Shown: positions 47,423 through 56,662 of the stretch, piece after piece
Layout of the letters: each line of letters begins with the position of its first letter
How positions within the stretch are numbered: the stretch's first letter is position 1
From: a virus
DNA: 64,000 nucleotides
Virus record (IMG/VR): IMGVR_UViG_3300027801_001565
Reading direction: 5' to 3' (one strand)
Translations under genes and position numbers: made by a program
The notes under the pieces: generated by a model
Told to the model about the DNA's origin: nothing
The model's database searches: none
The model's input: only the letters and a program-made list of their open reading frames with translations

Positions 47423-48182
47423 TATTTCTCCTGCTTGTGTTAGCTTCGATTGCTATTTTCATTATATTAAGTGTATTATAGCATAGTGTAGATGCATGAG
47501 TCAAGTCCTTAGGGAGACATGTACCACCAAAACCGATGAGTCCATCAGGACCGGGTACGTCCCAATGTGTACCACCTAAATTTTTATCTTCCTGCATAAA
47601 CTTTTTAATAACACTATAATCCATATTAAGGCTGTCGCAAATTTCATTGAAATCATTTGCCAAGCCCACCTTTACTGCTAACGCTGCGTTTCTAGCCATT
47701 TTAATCATCGACGCCTCTAGAGGAGAACAAACTACAACTTTCTTTTTATTACCATACCAGGCATGTTTAGTCCTAGTAATCCATTGTAAAATATTATCAC
47801 AATTATTACACCCTATAACAATAGGAATATCTGAGTCATCGACATCTTCTTTCCAATGTCTTTCTCTCAAAAACTCTGGCATTATTACATGTCCTTTGTT
47901 AGCATATTTTATACATTGATCAGGCCCAATAGTACTTCTAATTATGGCTTGTTCGATGGGTAAAGTTTCTAGTATATTATCTATAATAGAAGTGTCTAAC
48001 TTTCCATCAATAAGGTTAGTTGGAACACAAATAAAAGAATATTCAATATTATCCCAATCAGTTACATTGTAACCTTTAACAGGATCATGTATCTCTATTT
48101 CTAGTTTTTCAACCAACCAAGATTTCAGAAAGTATTCTGTTGCTTGTCCTACAAATCCATACCCAACGATAGCTACTTTCAT
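47415..48182 (-). CDS. UDP-glucose/GDP-mannose dehydrogenase-like protein
   Basis: GYGFVG, ICVPT, RST, PEFLRE, GFGGTCLPKD. Confidence 0.85.
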   Translation of the reverse strand: MKVAIVGYGFVGQATEYFLKSWLVEKLEIEIHDPVKGYNVTDWDNIEYSFICVPTNLIDGKLDTSIIDNILETLPIEQAIIRSTIGPDQCIKYANKGHVIMPEFLRERHWKEDVDDSDIPIVIGCNNCDNILQWITRTKHAWYGNKKKVVVCSPLEASMIKMARNAALAVKVGLANDFNEICDSLNMDYSVIKKFMQEDKNLGGTHWDVPGPDGLIGFGGTCLPKDLTHASTLCYNTLNIMKIAIEANTSRRNNE

Positions 48183-48188
48183 TTACGG

Positions 48189-48563
48189 TTACCCTATCCC
48201 ACCTGGTGATGTGTAGTCTTCTTTTTGTAAATTCTTAATCCAAGCAGAAGTGTCTTCCTTTATAAAGACGCCGTCTATCATTGTGCCTTTTCGATCTTTA
48301 ATATCATTATACGCAACTGCCAAACAGTCTCGGAGTGATAGATCGTTTCTTTTAGCAATATTGATAAGAACAACAATAATGTCTCCAATATCATCTGCTA
48401 CGTCCTGTTTCTTACAGACATTATCTGATAACTCACCTACTTCTTGGATTAGTTTACATACTTGATCCTTGTCTGTAGCACCATCAATTAAATTCCTGTC
48501 CACATGCCACTTCTCAATATTATTGATTAATGATTGTAGACTGTCTCTCCATTGTTCACTCAT
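48189..48563 (-). CDS. mazG: MazG-like nucleotide pyrophosphohydrolase
   Basis: KL.QEVGEL, DDIGD..V, AY.DIKDRKG..IDGVF.KE. Confidence 0.85.
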   Translation of the reverse strand: MSEQWRDSLQSLINNIEKWHVDRNLIDGATDKDQVCKLIQEVGELSDNVCKKQDVADDIGDIIVVLINIAKRNDLSLRDCLAVAYNDIKDRKGTMIDGVFIKEDTSAWIKNLQKEDYTSPGGIG

Positions 48564-48709
48564 ACCATCTCCTCAACGACACCTAGTGTCTCTGCTGCTA
48601 TTAATAATCCACCTGCCATAAAAGTGTCTCCTGCCATTAGGAAACCACAAGCGACTCCTCGTATTAAACTCTTAATCATACTTACTACAAAATGTCCATC
48701 TATAATCAT
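48560..48709 (-). CDS. small membrane protein
   Basis: HF.VS..KS.IR...L..AE.LG..EE; ATGA overlap with the polymerase stop. Confidence 0.6.
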   Translation of the reverse strand: MIIDGHFVVSMIKSLIRGVACGFLMAGDTFMAGGLLIAAETLGVVEEMV

Positions 48710-51201
48710 GAAAATAAATCCTCTAATGTTGCCTGGGGTTCTGTGTTCCATCCAAGCGGTGATAAAATGTTAATTAACGGATCTAGGAATGCTTTCTGGA
48801 ATATTAAATCATAGTCCACATACCTGGAAACGTTAAACTCTTTAGGGAGAGTAGATATAAAGGCAATAGTGTTCTCATGTAGACTATTAGGTTCCTTTAG
48901 GTAAAGGAATTTAATCTTGTCACCTTCTTGTATCTTCTCATACCTCTTGCCTAACTTCTGCTCCTTAAGAAGGTTGTTGTACAACAACGCCCCTCGAACA
49001 TGTATAGGAGTTCCTTTAGCATATATGTCTGCTTGGCTCGTATACTTCGTTAGGTTATTACACCCTCTTGGAAATGCTATCTCCTCAGGGGTAAACTTTT
49101 TAAAATCCGTCTGTGTCTGTAAAATGTAATCTTGTAAAGTATCCTCATCACTAGTAAGAATAAGACGAACCGCCTCCTTTAAACTATCTCTAATAGGAGC
49201 AGGTGTCGAGGACCTTACAATCTCCAACCCCATAACCTTTAGCTTGGGTTCTTTAAGTCTCAGGCCTTCGTCATCTAGAACATTAAGTGCATAACGTTTC
49301 TTAGCAACAAATATGCCTTTGTCTGCTATAACCTCACGCTTAAAGTCTATCTTGTGTTCAAAGGCGTTAGTATAGTTGCCTAACTTTCTCATAGCATTAG
49401 CTATCGCAGGTTCTATCTTATCAGTACCTATCTGATCCAACAAGCCAACTACTTTTTCTGTAGATTTATCCGGAAAGAAATTATCAACAAGAGTCTTACA
49501 TGTAATATAACAAGAGTCAGTATCACTATAAAAGGAATACATTTCTTTCTCAGTACCACAAACCTTGTTCATGTATTCATCAAGAGCTTTAGCTGTGTCT
49601 CTGATAATCAACTGTCCTGACATTGTAATACCCTCTGCAATCCTATCATCATAGAATCTAAAGTACTGGTTAGCCATGGCGCCATATAAACTGTTTAACT
49701 GAATCTTACGAGCCATCTGGAAGTTGTTGTATTTAGCTATCTCATTCTGATAAACTTTAGCGCCTGTTTCCTGGAACTTCTTCTGTGCCTCCTGCATCAA
49801 CCTTTTATATTTCAAACGATCATTAAAGAAGGTTTGTACTAGCTCAGGCATAAAACCTTTCTTGTCTCGGGTGTAACAGGAACCGTTGCCTGCCATTGCC
49901 AAGTTCTTTTCCTTAAGTTTGTCTAACTTATACCTGTCCAACTGATCGTCCACTGTAACATCATAGCTAAACTCATGGGATATAGTCTCAGGACTCATAT
50001 TGTACTGCATAATAATTGAAGGATATAGACTTGTAGCATCAAAGCTAGCCACCCATTCATAACTCCCAGGCTTAGGCTCCTGTACATAAGCTCCCTCTAT
50101 CTGGGACTCCTTCCTACCACCACCCTGTCCAATTACAACTTTCTGTTTCCACAAATAATTATATATCAACGAGTCCCACAACCTAACAGGTGAAAATACA
50201 TCTCCAAAGTTACACTTGGCATCGTATGCCATAGTAAGAGCTAACTGAATAAGTCTCATCTTATCTTCTAACTCATCAACAAGGACTGTATCAATAATAT
50301 TGTATTCTACAAACCTATTCCAATCACCATCATAAAACTCTTTAAACGTGTCAAAGCCAGACTCTAGTTTTTTGTGTCCTAGTTCTGTTTGTGCAATAAA
50401 GTCTAGTTTGTAGGATTCACGGGTAACATAAGTAAACTTCTTATATAAGTCCAGATAATCTAACTGTGCAACACCTGTAATTTCATATGCTGTCATCTCA
50501 CGATTAGCAAATTTAATAGGACGTCTATTAACTAGTCCAAAAGGAGAATAACGTTTATGTTCGTTCTCACCTAATACACGTTCTGTCCTTGCAATAATAT
50601 AGGGTAAGTCAAACAAATTAGAGTTCCAACCTGTAATAACATCGGGACAATTATTCTCCCACCAAATAAGGAACTCTTGTATGAGATTCTTTTCGTCCTG
50701 GCAATTAATGTAGGTTACATCGAGATGTTTTGTAGCATCGCCTGGGACAAAATCCCCACAACCAAACGTTGTTATTTTCTTCGTGTTGTTATCTTGTAAT
50801 GTAATAAGTAACAAACGTTCGTCGGGCATATCTACGTTAGGGAATCCACCTTCTGATGATGTCTCAATATCAATCGAATAGATCAACATATCTTTAGCAT
50901 CCCACTCAATAGTGGCGGGGAACTTCTCCGTAATATATTGGTATGCGTAATAGTTTTGTCCAAATATAGGGAAGTTAGAAACTTCCTTGTATCTGTTAAA
51001 AAACTCTGTAGCTTCTTTGTTAGTCTCGAATTTAACAGGTGATACTAACTCACCATATATAGATTTATATTCTGAAGGTTTGTCAGATTTAACAAAAAGG
51101 GTAGGCCTAAAATCATGGCGTTCTGTGTAACGTTCACCGTTACGGATTCCTCGAGTTAGGACCTTATCCCCATAATGTCTGGCATATGTGTAAAAATTCA
51201 T
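48706..51201 (-). CDS. family B DNA polymerase (T4 gp43)
   Basis: DIET exonuclease motif, DATSLYPS, KIQLNSLYG, YSDTDS, KKRY. Confidence 0.97.
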   Translation of the reverse strand: MNFYTYARHYGDKVLTRGIRNGERYTERHDFRPTLFVKSDKPSEYKSIYGELVSPVKFETNKEATEFFNRYKEVSNFPIFGQNYYAYQYITEKFPATIEWDAKDMLIYSIDIETSSEGGFPNVDMPDERLLLITLQDNNTKKITTFGCGDFVPGDATKHLDVTYINCQDEKNLIQEFLIWWENNCPDVITGWNSNLFDLPYIIARTERVLGENEHKRYSPFGLVNRRPIKFANREMTAYEITGVAQLDYLDLYKKFTYVTRESYKLDFIAQTELGHKKLESGFDTFKEFYDGDWNRFVEYNIIDTVLVDELEDKMRLIQLALTMAYDAKCNFGDVFSPVRLWDSLIYNYLWKQKVVIGQGGGRKESQIEGAYVQEPKPGSYEWVASFDATSLYPSIIMQYNMSPETISHEFSYDVTVDDQLDRYKLDKLKEKNLAMAGNGSCYTRDKKGFMPELVQTFFNDRLKYKRLMQEAQKKFQETGAKVYQNEIAKYNNFQMARKIQLNSLYGAMANQYFRFYDDRIAEGITMSGQLIIRDTAKALDEYMNKVCGTEKEMYSFYSDTDSCYITCKTLVDNFFPDKSTEKVVGLLDQIGTDKIEPAIANAMRKLGNYTNAFEHKIDFKREVIADKGIFVAKKRYALNVLDDEGLRLKEPKLKVMGLEIVRSSTPAPIRDSLKEAVRLILTSDEDTLQDYILQTQTDFKKFTPEEIAFPRGCNNLTKYTSQADIYAKGTPIHVRGALLYNNLLKEQKLGKRYEKIQEGDKIKFLYLKEPNSLHENTIAFISTLPKEFNVSRYVDYDLIFQKAFLDPLINILSPLGWNTEPQATLEDLFS

Positions 51202-51284
51202 AATAAAAGTCTCATCTCAAATAATATAAAGTAAGTATAAGCTCTTACGAAGCTAAAGTCTACCTAAAGTAGACTTGTTTGGTA

Positions 51285-51767
51285 CTATGCCATTTTAGCA
51301 ACAGCAGCATCATAGTCTTCTTGACTTACGACACCTTCTGCCAACAACCTTGCTCTATTTACTTCATGTGCTGCTTGAGTCTCTTCTTTTGAACCACCAA
51401 AGTAAGGAACACAATGTCCTTCTTCTGTAAGAATCTCAGTTACTTTTTTCATTTCGCCGTTGTACTCTACTTTAAAGTCTCCTAAGATCCTTCCAAACTT
51501 GCCTTTCATATCTTCGCCATGTTTGTCTTCAGTAGTAATAAGTCTGCCACCATTCTTCATTAGCTCTTTTAAACGTGCTTTGGCTGCTTCGCCAAATACG
51601 TCTTCTACTCTATCACTTGTGCGTGACTCTGGAGTATCAATACCCATGATGCGAACACGTTCATCGTTTAAACTGACGCCAAAGCCTAAATCAATATCAA
51701 CGTCAACGGTATCACCATCAACTACTTTAATTACTACTACGTCATATTCGTTATTTTTCATACTCAT
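51285..51767 (-). CDS. thermonuclease (SNase-like)
   Basis: VVDGDTVD, RIMGIDTPE, KFGRILG. Confidence 0.9.
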   Translation of the reverse strand: MSMKNNEYDVVVIKVVDGDTVDVDIDLGFGVSLNDERVRIMGIDTPESRTSDRVEDVFGEAAKARLKELMKNGGRLITTEDKHGEDMKGKFGRILGDFKVEYNGEMKKVTEILTEEGHCVPYFGGSKEETQAAHEVNRARLLAEGVVSQEDYDAAVAKMA

Positions 51768-52102
51768 ATTTTTGTCGAGGCCTCGTTTAGAATTTTTTTG
51801 TTAATAAATTCGGGTTGGATTATTTTACTGAATTGCTGGTTGTATGACTTAAGCATTTCACTGCCTGGATCGTAAATTGATACGACATGATTTGGGAATA
51901 CAGGAACTTTATGATCCTTTGCAAACGGTGCGTAAGGAGCGAGCCCTACACCAAAGTCTGTTTCGCTACCTGGCTTAGGCATCATCATAATAATAGCGGG
52001 TTTGTTTATAATCAAAAACGCTCTTCCTTCTACTTCAAGTTCCTCGACATCGCCAATGATGTCTTCGCCTGTGGTTAGTTTAACAATTTGTATATTTGGC
52101 AT
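51764..52102 (-). CDS. conserved T4-like hypothetical protein
   Basis: KLTTGEDII motif, next to hsp20. Confidence 0.75.
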   Translation of the reverse strand: MPNIQIVKLTTGEDIIGDVEELEVEGRAFLIINKPAIIMMMPKPGSETDFGVGLAPYAPFAKDHKVPVFPNHVVSIYDPGSEMLKSYNQQFSKIIQPEFINKKILNEASTKI

Positions 52103-52120
52103 AGGGTTCTCCTTATTTAA

Positions 52121-52567
52121 TTATGTAATTTTGATCTCTTGAGGTTTCTTTTCCTCAGGGATCTCTCTTTTTAGTGCAATTAGCAACATGCCATCTGTGA
52201 ACTCACCGCCAAGTACTTTGACTTCTTCAGCCAATGCAAATGTACGAGTGAAGTTTCTAGCTCCGATGCCTTTGTGATAATACTCTGGTTCATCTTCTTC
52301 TCGGTTTTGTACACCTTGAACTACCAGTTTGTTACCTTCAGGAACAAGATGAATATTGAACTCGTCTTTTCTGAAACCAGCTGCTGCTATTTCAATAGAA
52401 AAATGATCTTTGTCTTGTTTGATAATATTATAGGGAGGATAATTATGAGCGATATCTGAAACTGTGTTTAGATTTGCTAGTACCTTATCGAACCCTATTG
52501 CGAATGGACTAATTCTGTTAAAAATATCGTCCACATGTGATGTGTTGAATTTATGTTCTGCTACCAT
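52121..52567 (-). CDS. small heat-shock protein Hsp20
   Basis: YPPYNI, IEIA.AGF, KGI..R.F.R.F.L, DGML.I, IPEEKKP. Confidence 0.95.
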   Translation of the reverse strand: MVAEHKFNTSHVDDIFNRISPFAIGFDKVLANLNTVSDIAHNYPPYNIIKQDKDHFSIEIAAAGFRKDEFNIHLVPEGNKLVVQGVQNREEDEPEYYHKGIGARNFTRTFALAEEVKVLGGEFTDGMLLIALKREIPEEKKPQEIKIT

Positions 52568-52675
52568 GTTGTTTCTCCTTTAATAAGCAAGTTAATAAAT
52601 TATATACCCTTACGGCGTATACAGTTTTATTTATACAACATAACCGCCTTACATATAGTCTTTGGGTGAATTATT

Positions 52676-52780
52676 TTAATTAAAAGCTTCGTGTCCTTCA
52701 AAATACATCTGTATTATTACATATACGGCTGTATTAGCAAAGATAAGAATTCCGTACATTATGTACCCTTGCATAATCAT
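52676..52780 (-). CDS. 34-aa membrane peptide (not in ORF track)
   Basis: MIMQGYIMYGILIFANTAVYVIIQMYFEGHEAFN*; ATGA overlap with upstream stop. Confidence 0.5.
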   Translation of the reverse strand: MIMQGYIMYGILIFANTAVYVIIQMYFEGHEAFN

Positions 52781-52781
52781 C
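52742..52781 (+). repeat. 40-bp direct repeat, copy 1
   Basis: gataagaattccgtacattatgtacccttgcataatcatc; 38/40 identical to 54180-54219. Confidence 0.9.
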
Positions 52782-54030
52782 GTTGAGCTTGAAGATTATT
52801 ATAACCTTCATCATCTAAATGTGTAATAGCAAGCCAGGCATGAGTCATTTCATCTCCTGTCCTACTACCGCCCATTACCCACATATCTGGATCTGGATTG
52901 TTTGGATTGTTTTCTGTGTTGTCGTACCACTGCTTCAATACAATAACTGCTCCAGCCGGTATAAGTGGTGCTACGTCTGGATCGTACAAATGACTGTGGT
53001 GCCATGTTGCACTCCAATTACTTACTTGGCTAATCTGTTCTGTTTGTCCTGTCTCAGGATAGAATATTTCCAAACTTGCTGCGTTCATACGCAAGTGTCC
53101 GTGTGGTTGAAAACTATCTAGTCTAACTGGATGATCAAAACTGTGGAAGCCTTGTGTCATGTAATAGCCGTTGGGTGGAATAGTAATATCGTCCTGGTCT
53201 CCTAGGCGATATAAACTCAAGTCTTGTTTGTATTTCAGTTCTTGGCTTTCCTCTTCGGTGTATAACCAAAGACCAATCTCCACTACGTTGTCTCGAATAA
53301 CTGATCCTGGTGCCATTGCTCCAAGTCCACCGGGGAACATATGAATGTCCCATGCTACTTCTGCGTTTGCTGGTATAGTACGACATACTCCTTGTGGTAC
53401 TATTTCTCCCCACTTTCCCATAGCATACTCAGTTAGCATTCCTTGTCTGCCTCCCTCAGTAATAATACTTGAGTTAGCATGATGTACTACTGATTTTGCA
53501 TCGCCACGTGGTTTAACTTGTACTGCTTTAATGCAACGGTCTTCACTTAGTCCTGTTGGAACATTGTGCTTGTGCCACAAGTCGTTACCGCTTGCTGGAA
53601 TGTCAATTGCAACACTGGCAATAATTGCGTCCGGTGCTCCAAAGTCTTCTTCAAAACTCCATGCTTCTGGATCACGCAAATTTACTGGCTGTACTACCTT
53701 GTCTGGATCTCCATAACTTGCTCCGTTATCCACCCACTCAACCACTGTGTCTATGTCTTTTTGTGATAAGCGCCAATCACCTTGTAGGTCTTGAATTCCA
53801 ATACCGTGGTCATACGCATATGGCGGCATTTCTCTTTTCATTACTTTAAGTGATATTAATGGTGCCCAAGGGCGTACTTGCTCGTATGTTTCAAAGCTCA
53901 TTGGCCCGATGCCGCCGGTGCGATGACACACTACACAGTTATCGTTGATGATAGCTGCTACTTCGTTAGTATATGTTTGTGCTGATAGTGTTATAGGTAA
54001 TAATGATAATATTAAGAATAGTTTGTTCAT
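52777..54030 (-). CDS. secreted heme-c / copper type II monooxygenase-like protein
   Basis: Signal peptide; CVVCH; MPP; VVHH; PHGH.R; DEM. Confidence 0.8.
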   Translation of the reverse strand: MNKLFLILSLLPITLSAQTYTNEVAAIINDNCVVCHRTGGIGPMSFETYEQVRPWAPLISLKVMKREMPPYAYDHGIGIQDLQGDWRLSQKDIDTVVEWVDNGASYGDPDKVVQPVNLRDPEAWSFEEDFGAPDAIIASVAIDIPASGNDLWHKHNVPTGLSEDRCIKAVQVKPRGDAKSVVHHANSSIITEGGRQGMLTEYAMGKWGEIVPQGVCRTIPANAEVAWDIHMFPGGLGAMAPGSVIRDNVVEIGLWLYTEEESQELKYKQDLSLYRLGDQDDITIPPNGYYMTQGFHSFDHPVRLDSFQPHGHLRMNAASLEIFYPETGQTEQISQVSNWSATWHHSHLYDPDVAPLIPAGAVIVLKQWYDNTENNPNNPDPDMWVMGGSRTGDEMTHAWLAITHLDDEGYNNLQAQR

Positions 54031-54179
54031 ATTAGAACCCTCTTGTTTAACTATTATAAATATTTATAGTACTGAGTGGCACAAATTGAGGGGTTTAGAG
54101 CTAATGTTACAATTAATTACATTTGAACTTAGGTAGTAGTTTCTGTGAATTCAACTACTAGTGTTGAGCTGTGTCCTTT

Positions 54180-54219
54180 GATAAGAATTCCATACATTAT
54201 GTAACCTTGCATAATCATC
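54180..54219 (+). repeat. 40-bp direct repeat, copy 2
   Basis: gataagaattccatacattatgtaaccttgcataatcatc. Confidence 0.9.
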
Positions 54220-54952
54220 TCTCAGATATCTCCTGCTTTGGTAAATATTTTTGCCATTGTAGTGGGACATTGCCTGTATTATACCATGCACCAAGATGCT
54301 GCTTGAACATATCAAGATCATATGGGCCGGCTCTAAACCAAATATTGGCTGCTATTTTTTCGCCTGATGTTACTACGTCTGCTGAATGTAACGAGTGAGG
54401 ATTTGGAAATGCCTGACTAGGATTGGTGTTTTCAAAGAATATTGCTGTTCCTTGCTTTGGTTTTATAGACTTTCCTACATGTTTAAATGTTGTATTTCCT
54501 CCTTCGAAGTCATCATTCAAATATAACAATCCTGTAAGTATTCTATTACCTGCCTGTTTAAAGAATGGATCATTACTCTCAGGATTAAACGCATCCATGT
54601 GGCCGTCGTAGAACTCTCCCTCGTTGTATTTAACTAATTGTAAACCTTCTGCTTGGAATTTTTCCATTCTTGTAACTGCACAAGCTCTAGCCCTGAATGT
54701 ATCGGCCCATCCATGATATCCATATCCTGATATATGGTTTGTTCTTCCAGGGTGTGCCTCCTCGGAGCCTTTCTCAAGTACAGCACCTTTTCGCCAAGCT
54801 GCGTTATCTTCTATCTCTATAAGTGCCCGTTCACATTCCTCTGGACTAAACAAGTTTGACACCATGAATATGGTAGGATTAAAATAGTTTATAGTGCTAA
54901 ATTCATAAGTATTGCCGTTAGAAACGGTCTTCATCATTAAGTCTTCATTCAT
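54215..54952 (-). CDS. 2OG-Fe(II) oxygenase, prolyl 4-hydroxylase-like
   Basis: LQ.VKY..GEFY..HMD, YLND..EGG.T.F, LH....V..GEK. Confidence 0.9.
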   Translation of the reverse strand: MNEDLMMKTVSNGNTYEFSTINYFNPTIFMVSNLFSPEECERALIEIEDNAAWRKGAVLEKGSEEAHPGRTNHISGYGYHGWADTFRARACAVTRMEKFQAEGLQLVKYNEGEFYDGHMDAFNPESNDPFFKQAGNRILTGLLYLNDDFEGGNTTFKHVGKSIKPKQGTAIFFENTNPSQAFPNPHSLHSADVVTSGEKIAANIWFRAGPYDLDMFKQHLGAWYNTGNVPLQWQKYLPKQEISER

Positions 54953-56214
54953 AATATATTTCCAAATGTTTCAAAGAAGTTTGTTCCTCTTCGCCTATCG
55001 TGTTCTGTAGTAAATGTCCAAAAGTCTTTTCTGTGTTTAACTAGTTCTTCACCTTTGAATCTGTTAGATGTTATCCATCCAACTGTTTTCTCAAATTTTT
55101 CAATCTCCGATGTATTAAATACATCATGATCCTTCATCTGCGTTATACAATTCTCCATAATACTTATATGAGCATCGTCTGCAATTTGTGCTGAAAGGTG
55201 AGATGGTTCTACCATAAATGGCATGTCTACGGTAATTAGATCACCATAATTATTTTTAAGCTCTGCCATTTTGTCAATAAAAAGATGCGTCTTGGGTATT
55301 GATAGGAAGTTGTATGTATTCATTATCCCTACAGATACTCCTGAGTCCAATACAGCGTGTAAGTTATCCTCAAAGTGTTTAATATCCAATCCGTTTCTAA
55401 TATACTCTGCCTGCTTACCCCACGAATCTATACTGACATATAATTTTGCATCAGGGATGTCTTTGACTAAATCTATATATCTTAGTACTCTCTTTTTAGA
55501 CACCATAAGATTAGAGTTACAATGAAATGTTAATCCTTCTTTAGGGTGTTCTTTCACATACTGGAGTAACCTATATGTGTTCTTATCTAATAAAGGCTCA
55601 CCTCCTGTAACTCTAAGAACAAATAAATGCTCATATGCCTTTGGAAACCACTCCCAGAACTTTTTGACATAGGGAGAGTTTTCTATTTGAGGTGTATGAA
55701 TCAAATTGTAATCTGATGCTAGTAGCTTATATGGACCATGCTCTTGTATTTCCTTTTCCCATGTAGTGCTAAATACAGGACCACAGTAACTACATGCCAT
55801 TTGACATTTATTAGTGAATGATATTTCTAAATATTTAGGGTAAACATAAGACGTTCCAGCAGCTACAGCTTTTAGGTCTATGAGGTTATCGTGTGTAAAA
55901 AACTGTCCTGCTAAAGTCATCCTATCTGATCTTAGGCCTAGATCCTCTACGTCCCAACAATAAGAGCAGTTTTTAGGGCGTTCACCTGCAAGCATTTGTC
56001 TCCTCTCTTCTATCTTTTGAGGAGTGTTGTGTAAGTCGGAATCTAAAGGTATCAGATGCGTTGGGTTATGGTAACAGGAGTGTGCCCTGCCATTGCCTAA
56101 GTGCATTTCTTGATGATACCACTTTAAGACGCAAAAGCCTTTTCCGACGGTATCTAGTTTCGATTGTATTAAGTCGAGGACTTCTATCTGGTTTTTATTT
56201 AACTTTTTTTCCAA
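54949..56214 (-). CDS. radical SAM protein with N-terminal Cys-rich (twitch/SPASM-like) region
   Basis: CQMACSYC, TGGEPL, YIR.G; N-terminal FC...SCYH...CSYCW. Confidence 0.85.
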   Translation of the reverse strand: MEKKLNKNQIEVLDLIQSKLDTVGKGFCVLKWYHQEMHLGNGRAHSCYHNPTHLIPLDSDLHNTPQKIEERRQMLAGERPKNCSYCWDVEDLGLRSDRMTLAGQFFTHDNLIDLKAVAAGTSYVYPKYLEISFTNKCQMACSYCGPVFSTTWEKEIQEHGPYKLLASDYNLIHTPQIENSPYVKKFWEWFPKAYEHLFVLRVTGGEPLLDKNTYRLLQYVKEHPKEGLTFHCNSNLMVSKKRVLRYIDLVKDIPDAKLYVSIDSWGKQAEYIRNGLDIKHFEDNLHAVLDSGVSVGIMNTYNFLSIPKTHLFIDKMAELKNNYGDLITVDMPFMVEPSHLSAQIADDAHISIMENCITQMKDHDVFNTSEIEKFEKTVGWITSNRFKGEELVKHRKDFWTFTTEHDRRRGTNFFETFGNIL

Positions 56215-56614
56215 TATTGTACTTTGGAACTAAGTTCCATTCCCCTTTTTCTTTAAACGCTATTATTTTAATCTGAGATAGTGGAGCGTAGTCCTCTACC
56301 TGTGTGATTAAATTAACGAGCCCCCAATCGCCAAGCAATTTGGCAATGGTGTTTCGTCTGTGAATATCGTTCTCTTGGAAATCAGCTGCCTTACCATCCA
56401 ATGCAAAAAGTTCTTTAAAGTGTGTTATAAAGTATCTTCCTTTCTTGTGTAGTATATGACACGACTGATATAGCACCTGTTCTTTTTTCGATGCTACTCC
56501 AATACGAGATAAAGTTTCCCTAACCTTCAGAAAATCTTCTGGGTCTTTTAAGGAAACTTCTAAAGGTTCGTACCCTGGAAAGTCAATGTTAAAGTAATTC
56601 TCTTGATCACTCAT
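56195..56614 (-). CDS. regA: translational repressor RegA
   Basis: DFLKVRETLSRIG, LYQSCHILHK.G.Y.I.HFKELF. Confidence 0.95.
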   Translation of the reverse strand: MSDQENYFNIDFPGYEPLEVSLKDPEDFLKVRETLSRIGVASKKEQVLYQSCHILHKKGRYFITHFKELFALDGKAADFQENDIHRRNTIAKLLGDWGLVNLITQVEDYAPLSQIKIIAFKEKGEWNLVPKYNIGKKVK

Positions 56615-56662
56615 TCAATTCGCCTATATGTTTAATTATATAATTTACTTATATAGACTTAT

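Noticed and set aside
13220-51201. Introns or inteins in thyX, nrdA, nrdB, gp41 and gp43
   Set aside because: All are continuous ORFs of expected length with contiguous motifs
54949-56214. Calling this radical SAM QueE
   Set aside because: At 421 aa with an N-terminal Cys-rich region it is much larger than QueE and not near queC
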